Made by a program: the position numbers and the translations under genes
Source of the DNA: Epithemia pelagica
Taxonomy: Eukaryota > Protista > Bacillariophyta
NCBI GenBank assembly: GCA_946965045.2
Contig: OX337231.1
Span: forward strand, 2,108,001-2,172,000
DNA: 64,000 nucleotides
Direction: 5' to 3'
Notes under the pieces: model-generated
Databases searched by the model: none
Told to the model about the DNA's origin: nothing
The model's input: the letters and a program-made list of their open reading frames with translations, nothing else
In this document: positions 38,990 to 49,943 of the stretch, piece by piece
Layout of the letters: the number at the start of each line of letters is the position of its first letter
Numbering within the stretch: position 1 is the first letter of the stretch

Positions 38990-39693
38990 GGGAGTATAAA
39001 TTTCCTCTATTACGGGATGTTTGGCCTTGGAAGCAGCACTCGACAGACCAATACTCTCACTGGTTTGCCTCTTGTGTATGGAAATCAGAGAAGTCCATCT
39101 TGTTGGCGGGCTCTCTACATGCTAAGATTCAAATGGATATAGGAGTAGAAATTTCCTCTATTAAGGGAACTTCCGCTTTCGAACTAGGACTCAACAGACC
39201 GATACTACTCTTACTTGTTTTCCCTCTTGTCTATGGTCTCAAAGTACTCTTTCTTGTTGGCGGGCTCTCTACATTCTAAGATTCAGATGCACATAGGAGT
39301 ATCACTTTCCCGCCAATGAAAGCAGGCTCCGCAGACGCACACGATCGTAACTACTCTCGTCGATGGATATGAGCATCTGTTTGCCTCTTGTGTATGGAAA
39401 TCAGAGAAGTCCATCTTGTTGGCTGGCTCTCTACATGCTAAGATTCAAATGGATATAGGAGTAGAAATTTCCTCTATTAAGGGAACTTCCGCTTTCGAAC
39501 TAGGACTCAACAGACCGATACTACTCTTACTTGTTTTGGCTCTTGTCTATGGTCTCAGAGTACTCTTTCTTGTTGGCGGGCTCTCTACATTCTAAGATTC
39601 AGATGCACATAGGAGTATCACTTTCCCGCCAATGAAAGCAGGCTCTGTAGACGCACACGATCGTAACTACTCTCGTCGATGGATATGAGCATC
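38990..39693. repeat. ~152-bp minisatellite with a 316-bp higher-order duplication
   Basis: TTTGCCTCTTGTGTATGG at 39064 and 39380; subunit CTTGTTGGC.GGCTCTCTACAT.CTAAGATTCA occurs four times. Confidence 0.9.
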
Positions 39694-39963
39694 TTGCACT
39701 CTGGTAATGAGCCCAATCACGCCCTTCCCCAGAATTTACCATGGCTCGCACAATGAGGGCAAAGGGAGAAGGAATAAAATTTCGACGGCTTCTGGACAAG
39801 AAAATACTCCATTGGTCACCTTTTTGTCGGGATGATCTCGTTTGTAAGCACGAGGATGATCACAATGAGGAAAGTGCACCGTGCACATGTCTGGTTTGTT
39901 TCCCTTGGCCAACTCGGAGAAACGAAATTTGTTGTGTCAGTTCTGCTTTGGAATGGATCAATC
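39625..39963 (-). pseudogene. Captured fragment of the RBR gene (matches 6421-6771)
   Basis: Co-linear match from CCCGCCAAT to GGAATGGATCAATC with substitutions and indels. Confidence 0.9.
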
Positions 39964-39981
39964 ATCGGTCGAGTTTTGTGC

Positions 39982-40263
39982 AGCAAAAAGGCCTTGAACA
40001 TGATGGTGATGATAATAGTGGGATCTTCGAAGATAAAGATTTATGGCAAGAGAGGCGGTTCGACGTTTGACAACAACTTTGACACCGCCGGTGCAGGAAA
40101 AGCGTGAACAAGGACAGACAAGGATCTTGTGTGATGGCTGTTGGCTGTTGGACTTTGCACACAAACACGAGAGACGTCAATAGCTCAGTCAGAGGTTGGT
40201 TGACTTCTGTTCGACCAAGAGATCGAGAGAGCGACTGCACAGCAACACAGAGATACCAATCGT
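39982..40263 (-). pseudogene. Captured LHC promoter/5'UTR and first codons (matches 63512-63813)
   Basis: AGCAAAAAGGCCTTGAACATGATG..AGATACCAATCGT; encodes MFKAFLL as in the LHC gene. Confidence 0.9.
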
Positions 40264-41171
40264 TGGAAATCAGAGCACTCCATCTTGTTGGAGGAATTGT
40301 GAACGAAACGAGGGCCCATCAACCGACAACAACAATGATTATGCTCCTCCTCCCACGAGCAATCCAGATGACGTCCACGACAATTTCATGCAACGACTGG
40401 ATGATTCGGCCGCCTTGTATGCGGCATCACATCCAGAACCACATCCAGATGTGGGTGGTTGGTTATACACCGCAACAGGTTGGAGAAAACTGCTGGTCAG
40501 CACTATGGAATAGTATCATTAGGGTTAAGGTTTCAATTGGTGCACGCAGGTAGTGCCTCTATGTTAGGCACAATAGAGCTCCTAATAGCAAGAACTAGGT
40601 AGGAGTACGATTTTAGTGCACTTTGGATCTTAATATTACAAAAAAACCCAGCGTGTAGTGCACCTTGGGTGAGATAGTGGTTCGGGTCTTAAATCCACAC
40701 TTGATCGAACAGATCAGGGGTTCGATTCCCCCCACTTCAGCACAAAGTTAAGATTCGCCATGTTTGGGGTTCATGGCCATAGACGTATCCCCGCTGGTAG
40801 AGTGGAAGTCCTTGCTGTGAGCTCTGCTGATGTTTGATTCCACTGGGCCGGCCGGTGACACGGTTTTGTCTTTTTGATTCATACTCTACCCTACTTTTCT
40901 CTTCTATTTAGCAAGTGCCCAATCACGTAGCCAACGATCACACCCAACACCCAACGACGACCAACATCATGGGCGCGCAAAAAGTGCTCCCATGGCGAAC
41001 GTTCGTTGCATTTCTTTTGTTCGTGTAAGGAGGCGCTTCTCTTTATCGTAAATTTGGTGAGCACGACAGAGGCGGAACTTTAGTTCGGAAGTATCCACTC
41101 CTACCGAACAACCGTGAAGGAACGGCCGTGAAGCATTCTACGATTCATGAGTTTGTACGGAATCCAACCGC

Positions 41172-42110
41172 ATGGACGCATTTTGGCTCATTTGGATTGG
41201 CATTTTGGTACAAGCCTATCCTAACGCCAACGAGGAGGACGAGTAGTAGCACCAGCCCAATTCACCAAGACGACAACACGAGAAGGATACGAAACGAGTG
41301 GCAAAGCAGAATCCGTCCAAGAAATTTCTTCGTCAATCTTTCACAGGAACCACAACCAGTCGTTTGGAACTACTCTTGAAAGAAACTAGAACAAAACAAG
41401 CAAGTTTGGATGCACCTCCCAAGCAACGAATGGACTTGGACCAGAAACTGATGGCTTGAGATGAATTGGACTTTGATTAAATGGATGGCAATGAGGATGA
41501 ATCCGTCTTTGGTCGTCCGTCGTCACGAGGCACACTGGTTCAACAACGATTACCACAGTGGTTGCCTCGTCCCAAGGATGCTCGCAATCGTCCACAGTCT
41601 TGCCATTATCAACATCAACAGTATTGTCGGTGGGGCAACGCAAAAACGGAGTAGGGTTCCTCTGATACGAAAGAGGAAAGCTCCCCTCGACCCGGCAGCC
41701 GGGGCCATTGCAAACCAACCGCCACCACGAATATTGGCTGTAATCACACGACAATACCCACTCCACCATGATCCTCCAAGCCAAAACCAACACCGCCCCA
41801 ATTCACCAAGACGACAACACGAGAAAGACACGAAACGAGTGGCCAAGCAGAAATTGTCCAAGAAATGTCTTCCTTGGTTTGGCACCACTCTTTAAAAAAA
41901 CCAGAGTCTTGTCATTGTCAATATCATCAGTATTGTCGGTGGGGCAACGCAAAAACGGAGTAGGGAATTCCTCTGGTACGTAAGAGGAAAGCTCCTCTCG
42001 ATCCAGGAGCCGAGGCCATCGCAAACTAACCGCCACCACAAACCCCGCCAAACAGACTGTGGATGCTATTCGCTAGTAGTCACACGACAATACCCACTCC
42101 GCCATGATCC
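41172..42110 (+). pseudogene. Degenerate, partly duplicated gene fragment with a signal-peptide-like start
   Basis: One frame reads MDAFWLIWIGILVQAYPNANEEDE**HQ.. with six in-frame stops; 41601-41727 is repeated at 41912-42038 and 41256-41330 at 41797-41870. Confidence 0.5.
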
Positions 42111-42325
42111 GTTACTAGCTTTAAATCATGGATGAGACAAGAACGTATGGTTCTCGTTTGGTTCATCGATTCCACAACACTAGCAACTATACTAAGACTG
42201 CGCGTCCATGCGTCTGCCATTATAACATGAGTCCAAACCGTATGTGTGCTTGCGCTAGACAATCAATAGACTATTAGTTTTACTCTCTTGGTATTACAAA
42301 TAACCAAGATACTTACATATCTCGT

Positions 42326-43168
42326 TCATAACATATATTCCACATCATCCTCCTCGTCTTGCTCGTCGCTCCCTTCGTCGCTCTCTTCATTAACCTTGTA
42401 TTCATGTTCCTCTTCTTCTGAATCATCATTCTCATCTGAATCATCATTCTCATCTGAATCACCATTCCAATTGCCATAACAGCCATCCTCTTCATCTTGT
42501 CCGTCTGAATCGTCTTCCTCAGTGTCATCCTCTTCCTCTTGCCAGTCGTCGCCTCCATCGCTTTCCTCTTGATTGACCTCCAACTCACTGAATTCCTCAT
42601 CTTCCTCTTCTTCTGAGTCGTCGTTCTCATAGGAATCGCTTTCCTCTTGATTGACCTCCAACTCACTGAATTCCTCATGTTCCTCTTCTTCTGAGTCGTC
42701 GTTCTCATAAGAATTCTCATCGTCTTCCCAGTCGTCACCATTGTCACTCTCTTGTTTGCAATTTTCAGTTGACGAAGAAAGCACATAATTCTCAGGAAGA
42801 TCAGGTTTGCTAAATTCGTGACGTTCCTCCACCAAACTTAATTTAACAACCCCGTCAATGAGATCATCATCGTTGTCATAGACGTAAGCCTTCATAGCAA
42901 TACGTTTCCCATTTTCCTGACAAAGTCGAATATCACAGAGTCGTGATCGAAGCCTTTCTGCGATACATCGCAACACATCAATTGCCTTCGAATACTTTTG
43001 GATGACACACAGACGGATGTAAAAATCATGCTCACTGAAATAAACGATACAATCAACAGGTTTAAACGCACAGCCTGCCTCGATGATAGTCCGTACCGGA
43101 TAACCAGGCATGCCTGGATGAGGGAAAAACCCGGCACGATAACGGAGACCTACACGACGACGGGGCAT
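42326..43168 (-). CDS. Uncharacterised Helitron-internal ORF with a long acidic repeat tail, divergent from RepHel
   Basis: 280-aa ORF; SYENDDSEEEE(H/D)EEFSELEVNQEES occurs twice. Confidence 0.55.
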   Translation of the reverse strand: MPRRRVGLRYRAGFFPHPGMPGYPVRTIIEAGCAFKPVDCIVYFSEHDFYIRLCVIQKYSKAIDVLRCIAERLRSRLCDIRLCQENGKRIAMKAYVYDNDDDLIDGVVKLSLVEERHEFSKPDLPENYVLSSSTENCKQESDNGDDWEDDENSYENDDSEEEEHEEFSELEVNQEESDSYENDDSEEEEDEEFSELEVNQEESDGGDDWQEEEDDTEEDDSDGQDEEDGCYGNWNGDSDENDDSDENDDSEEEEHEYKVNEESDEGSDEQDEEDDVEYML

Positions 43169-43390
43169 TATGCTTTCTTCGCAAAGGTTTCGACAAAACT
43201 ATAACAGAAGTCGAACAAACACAGCAACTTCCTACATCATTTCGTTCTTTTCTGCAGCACATTCAAATTAACCTAATGCTATGGTGGTGGTGCCACAAAG
43301 TTCAGATTCCATGCAATCGAATGAATTGAGCGCAAATGATAAGTAAGGAAATATTGCGATCATTCAAAAGTGATCCAATGAAACTAATTC

Positions 43391-43643
43391 CTTGGAATCT
43401 CGGATCAACAGTTTGGTCGCAGAACAATTTCACAGCCTAATACACAAACCACATGTCACAGAGAGTATGCATAGCTCCGTTAGCACAGAACCCATATGCA
43501 GGTCAGTTGGTAGACATTCCTCTGAATCTCGTATCGCCAGTTAGGTCGCAGAAAATTTTGGAGCTTGTTAATATACGAACCACATGTTCCAAAGAGTATG
43601 CATAGCTGCCTTAGCACAGAAACCACATGTAGTTGTCAGTTGG
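43391..43643. repeat. Two diverged ~130-bp tandem repeats upstream of RepHel
   Basis: GAATCTCG..GGTCGCAGAA..ACCACATGT..GAGTATGCATAGCT..TTAGCACAGAA..GTCAGTTGGT occurs twice. Confidence 0.8.
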
Positions 43644-43769
43644 TTCGTGACAGTTAGGTAGAAGACCTATCTACTGACTGTGTCACTTACCTTTGACTTC
43701 TCTTCTCACAATACTCATTTGGCCTAAGTTGTCACCAGTTGTAACCAGCAAGATCTGCATTACCAAGAA

Positions 43770-46700
43770 ATGTTAGCTAGAGACACCTCGATCCAAAAAG
43801 GAATAGCCAGAGCAGTGGCAAGTCGGGATTCTCTATTGACTAAGAAAGGAGACTTGTTTTTCCCAAAAGTATGTTGTGTCTGTGATCAATTCATCAAGGT
43901 TGGGTCAGAGAAATGCTTGAAGATTGATGATATTCTTCATGAGAAAATAAAACCAAAATTCATGAAGTCTAATCTTGACTTTTCACACTATGGTACCGGA
44001 CTAGAGAGCCAGAAACAGATCAAGAAACATTACACACAAACGTGTTACGATTCCTCTCATTCCAACAGAGAGTATCGTCCGCTGCAAAGCTTGGTTCTTT
44101 CACCGTCCTCTTATGCAATCAAAAAGGGACAATCTGAAGGATTTGGATGTTGCTCAGAATGTTACCATTGCATCATTTACATGAAAAAAGGAATAGTGAA
44201 CCTGATAAAATTCCCAAAAATGCTATCATCAATGGCTATATGATTGGTCCTACACCTCTTTGCTTGCAAACTCTGAATGAGGTCGAACTCGCACTCATTT
44301 CGCCGGCGAGGACAAACAAACACGTTTTTTCATTCACGGCAGGATCACATAAATCAATTAAGGGTTGGCACTCCTTGTATTACAATGACCTCAAAGCTGT
44401 CAATGGGGTTATAAATTGGTGTCTGTCAGCAACAGGACAAGCTGACAGTGCACTTCCTAATCATGGCGAACAACAAAGTGAAGATACTGGCCAAAACATT
44501 GCTGCTCGATGGACAGAACTTTTTGATCACGACATGGATGATAGTGATGATGACAATGTCAGTGATGTTGTAAATGACATTCAAGACAATAATAGTGGCA
44601 TCAGCGACAATATGAATGAAAATGATGACACAGATCAACCGCCACTTAATAGCAATGAATCGCCTCTTCTGCCTCAAATTGCTGTTGTTTTAACAGGTCC
44701 TTTCACACCTACACAGAAAGCTTTGACTCGTCAGCGCACAAACGTTCGATGGAATTTGGTCAAAAAAGCGCTACAATGGTTGAAACAACACAATCATTTG
44801 TACCATGACTTTGATTTGCCACCAGAACATCTTGTAAAACCAATTGTCATTGACAAAAGTGATGACGCACCTGCCTCAACGTCCAATGTTGAGCAAGTTT
44901 TTGAAATCACGGCGGTCTTTCCTGATTCTGATGAACCTCAGCAGAAAAATGGAGGGTTCTCCTCCCAGGATGATTTGAAGCAAATGACGCTTGATCGTCT
45001 TTTGGCAGACCATGACAATAAAGATGCAACATCGATTTCATGACCTTCGAAAACCTTGTTGAAAGACTATCAAGGTTCTAATCTCCTGAAGGCATTTCCT
45101 TTACAGTTTCCTTATGGGATTGGTGCCTATGATAAAGATGGAAATCCCCATGTCGGAATGAGTTACTTTGGGCATCTGATGCGACACTCAAGCAAGTTTT
45201 TTCACCATGCTGATTTTGTATGTGTCGTACACAATATGTTTGAGCTTCAAAGAATGGTCTCAAATTCATATTTGCGAACCAGTGATACACAAGCAGAATC
45301 ATTTGCTACAATCACTGACGAACAGATTCAAGATGCCATCAAGCGCCATCTTGAAAATGCCCAGGGATCAGGTCCTAGTGACCAGTTTTTGAGAAAGATG
45401 AAAGCTGTCGCATCTTCTATGGGACACACTGCAGGAGCTGCCAGAAAAGCACGACAAAATATGCTAGCAATGATTGCAAAATTTGGTTTGCCAAGTGTGA
45501 TGTTTACAATTACACCAGAAGATGCCGTAAATTTCAGACTGCGTGTAATGGTGAACAAAAAGGTTGGTGAAGCAATTCCACCTAACCCAGCTACAACTTC
45601 AACTTTGGATCAACAAGAATTCATCCTTGACTGTGCTCGCATTAGACAGATTCACCCGGGAATGTGTGGTATTGACTTTGAAAATGTGATTGCAATAACG
45701 ATTGAGCATCTCCTTGGCTGGGATATGAAAAAGAGAATGAACAAAATTGATGAAGGTTTATTTGGTGATTTGCTTGCGTGGTGTGATGCAGTTGAGGAGC
45801 AAAGAAGAAAAACACTTCATGATCATTTTCTCTTATGGTTGTTAAAGTGGTCAAAGTTATTGAAAGGACTTGCCAATCAGGCAACAAGAGAACACTTTTC
45901 GAAGCTCTTAGTTGACTATGCATCAAAGGTCATGAGCACACATATGCATGGCGAGACTATTCCGCCTTGTGTAAATGATGCTTGTGTCTCACGTGCCTTC
46001 CACCCATGTTCCAAACAAGACATTCGGAATTTGCGAACAAAGATTTGTGTAACATCCCTTGGTGGGAAATCAATTGTCAGATGCGCAAACTGCAACACAG
46101 CAATGACAAGTGAAGCTCTTGTTCTTTCCAGATTGAAAAACATTCTCCCAGCCATGGCTTTTCAAGAACAACAACCACAGAATGACCCAATGGCACAAGC
46201 TTCATCCTTCAATGTTCCACTCACAAATTCAATGGAATTGTTCCTGATGCGTCAGCAGATCTTACATCCCAAGAGAATGACAACTGATGGCACCTTTGTT
46301 CTGACAGTATTACGCAATTTGCATCGCTCAAAACATGCTATTTCTTGTTTCAAGAAAGGAGACGAGTGTCGTATGCATATTCCGTGTGCAGAGTGTGAAA
46401 AAACAGAGTTGAAGTTTTCAGAAAATTCAACAAAGTGGTTTGATTGGAAAGGCAATGATCAATCCAGACACTTGTTCACACTGGAAGCAAATCAAAAACA
46501 CCATGATGCATTTGTCAATATTCACAATTGTCATGCAAGCCAGTTTTTTGGTTGCAATACTAATGTTGTGACAGCTGTTGACGGAGGAAGTGTCATGTAT
46601 ATGACATGTTACATTTCTAAGAATACTCAAGAAGAAGACAGTTCACTGTTTACAAATGCAGCTAAACAAATGATACGAAAAATGCGGGAAAGATTGCTTG

Positions 46701-49579
46701 AACTTGAGCAGACTACCAATTCGACAGAAATTGAGACAGTTGAGCAAGACCGTGAAACTTCTGGAATGAGGGCATTAATTGGGGCAATGTTGCTGTCCAC
46801 TTCTGCACATATATGCAGTGCACCGATGGCTTCTTACTTGGTGCAAAATAATGGCTCAAGGTTTCGTTATTCACATGATTTTGCTTATGTGAATCTCAAA
46901 AATTTTGAAAAAGCAACCTTGCAAGATTTGTCCCTTGATTCGATTGATGGAAACACCTTTCTGACGTCAGATGTTGCAAATTACTTGTTCCGCCCAGAAG
47001 AACTTGAAGATGTTTGTTTGTATGATTTTCTGTCCAACTTCACAGTGACCAGGAAAACATCAAAAAGCTTGGAATGGATCAAGGAACACCCTTCAAAAGA
47101 CCATCTTGGTGTAACAGCCGCAAAACATACAAAGATACCACTTGTGACTTACAAAGATTTTGTTGACACCAAATATTTTGGGAATCGAAACATTGAAACA
47201 GAAGAAATGCCGGATGATATCTTGCACGAGGAACATCATTACATGGAACTTTATGGAAAAAAAGCAAACATCTTGTTCCATTCATTCAGATCCTTTCCAG
47301 GAGATTTGACAAAGGATGGTTCATTTGTTAAATGTTTCCAAGCAGCACTTCGGAGTGGAATGATCACAGCTGAGCATCGGCAAATTCTTGCTAACATTCA
47401 AGATTGTCGGAACAGTCTAAATTCTGGAAGACCAGTGGATCCTCTGGAAAAAGAAACACAAAAGCCAACTGACAACTGTTGTGTCCATGATGAATATGAT
47501 AATGAAAATGATGAGGATAGTGCTCTTCACAAAGATTTTGACAGTGCCTTTGAGGAGCTTATTGAGACGGTCAATGACATGAATGAGACAGGACTTGACT
47601 TGAGGTCGCCAACCAACATTTATCAGATTCCATCATGTATCATTTGCAAATGTGGAACGTCAAACTGTGGCATTCAAAACATTGTTACACCTGTTATAGA
47701 TGAAGACAACGGCTTTACAGGAAATGCTCTACAGCTCCTGGAAGACACCTCAGCTTCAAATGTGGGTCTTGAGTCCACCCCTGAAACGTCCTTTTCTCAT
47801 CATGTAACCAAAGCAGCTCTTCATGAATTGGCAATTTCACGGACAGAGAGAATTACAGCTGGTGATGGACAGCAAGATATCAAAGCGATTGGGACATTGA
47901 AAAATATACGCGAATATGCAGCCCACCACTTCAGAGACGATATGGATCAGCGCTATGCATTCGAAGCAATCATTTCTGCTTTTATATTGCGTTTGTATGA
48001 TGAGGCAAACCGAAATTCAAATACAAATCCTGAAGCAATGCCTACACGGAAACGACGGAAACTTGACAACATTCAAAAGACATTGCAAAAAGTCAACAGG
48101 GGAAACCAATTCATTGCATTTCTATCAGGAGCAGGGGGGTCTGGGAAAAGCCACGTTATCAAAACAATTGTACAATACGCCAAAAATTTGTGCTACAACC
48201 TCCACATCAGGTATGACAAGAGAACTATTGTCGTTACTGCTCTTACAGGTGCTGCAGCAGTTGGGATAAACGGAGAAACAACTGCTATGGCTTGTGCACT
48301 AAACAGAGCAATTACCGAGGAACCAGAGCAATGGAAAAATGCTTATCTGTTGATCGTTGATGAAATTTCATTTGCCTCAAAAGAAGTCGTTGATACTCTT
48401 GATCACAAATTGCGACAAATATTGCAGCCGGATGCAGCCTTTGGTGGAATTGCTCTTGTCTTTGCAGGTGATTTCACACAACTGAAACCAGTCAAAGCCC
48501 AACCATTATTCCTTTTTAAGGACTTCGTGAAATGGTATGACTGGGTACACACATTCCTTGAACTTAAGACAAATCACAGGTTTCGCCTTGATCCACCATG
48601 GGGGACAATTCTTGAGACATTTCGAGATGAGGGACCAAGCAATGGTGATGTGGCGACAATCAATACTCGTGTTGTTGGATCTAAACATGGACCAACAGAG
48701 AAAGACATTCCTCCAAATGTGGTTTATGCAACAAAAACTAATCTTGATCGAGCAGCAATCAATGATGCCATTTTTGCTAAACATCTGGAAAATACCCATT
48801 CAAAAGATCCTAATGTTGACCCTCCCATGCACACAATCTGTATCAAAGCGTCCAACTTGAAGTGGAAAAAAGCGGGAACAAGAAATGACTATGTTGATTT
48901 CAACAAGGCAAGTGAAGATATCCTATATGCCACCTGTGGTGAGGGTCACTTGCAAGGACGAGACAACAAGAGATATGATCCACTTTTGAAACTGTATTAT
49001 GGAAGACCATTGTGTATCAATGAAAACAAAGACGTTGAGTCATGTATTGCTAATGGAGCCATGTGTGAATTCAATGGCGTTCTCCTTAAGCAAGGGGTGA
49101 CATTAACTGATTTGGAGAAAATATTGATTGATGGATATTATGTTTGGAGTCTTAAGGTCACTCAAATTGAGGGAATCAAGGTGAAAATTGTTGATGGAAA
49201 TTAGAACCATGTTGTTCTTTTGAAGCCTCAGACTGTTACTCAACAAGTGCAGTTCCCACTCCCCATGTTTGGCATGAAACGAGTGAGGAAAACGATGAAA
49301 ATGACGCAGCTTCCTCTCAATGTGTCCAATGCAAGGACTGTTCATAAGCTACAAGGGAGATCAATCGAATTTCTTTACATATTGAACTGGGACTACACGG
49401 GCAATTGGAACTATGTTTGTTTGTCGAGAGTTTGCCAGCTCAAAGGCCTTTTCCTTGCAAAACCACTTATAGCCGACAAATGTCGTGGAATGTCTGATGA
49501 ATGTAAAGAGTTTCATGTACATTTCCGGACAACTAAACGTCCGCCACCCGCGGTTCAGCTCGATGAAAGACATAATTAA
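43770..49579 (+). pseudogene. Helitron RepHel (DUF6570-like N-terminus, HUH Rep, PIF1 helicase), disrupted
   Basis: CCVCDQ..CSEC..PKNAIING..LNEVELALIS; AFPLQFPYG; FGLPSVMFTITP; EEQRRKTLHDHFLLW; YMTCYISK; GAGGSGKS; IVDEIS; AGDFTQLKPV; TVHKLQG; YVCLSRV. Frameshift near 44184, in-frame TGA at 45041 and TAG at 49202. Confidence 0.95.
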
Positions 49580-49943
49580 CTTTCATTTCTAGGAAGTGCT
49601 GCCAATGATAAATAGAATAGTCCTGTCCACTGTACTACTGATACTGAACTCAGCCGTCCTTTACCGCCTTGGCGGTTTCAATTGGAAGCATTAACCGCGA
49701 CTGACCGCTCCTTCCGCCCTCATTTGACCCACAGATATGTTAGAAACATTGGCGACAAGACCTGAAACTCCAGAGACATCTAAGAAAGAAGCAACCGACA
49801 ACGACAGCAGAACCAGAATAAGCCATCCCGCAGTCACGTGATTGCAACACGACAGCGACGGTGAAGGCGTAATCGCTCTACTGTCGAGCGTAACTCTTTT
49901 TCTCTTCTTCCCTCCTGGCTTGGACTACCCAGCATACATCATC

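Larger units (their letters stand above)
38041..49678 (+). mobile_element. Helitron2/HLE2-type rolling-circle transposon, 11.6 kb, with cargo
   Basis: 16-bp asymmetric TIR CGTCTGAGTTCAGTAT (38041-38056) vs ATACTGAACTCAGCCG (49641-49656), 15/16 match; 3' hairpin ACCGCC-TT-GGCGGT (49663-49676) then TT; flanks rejoin to match the empty paralogous site near 34810-34830; RepHel gene inside. Confidence 0.88.
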
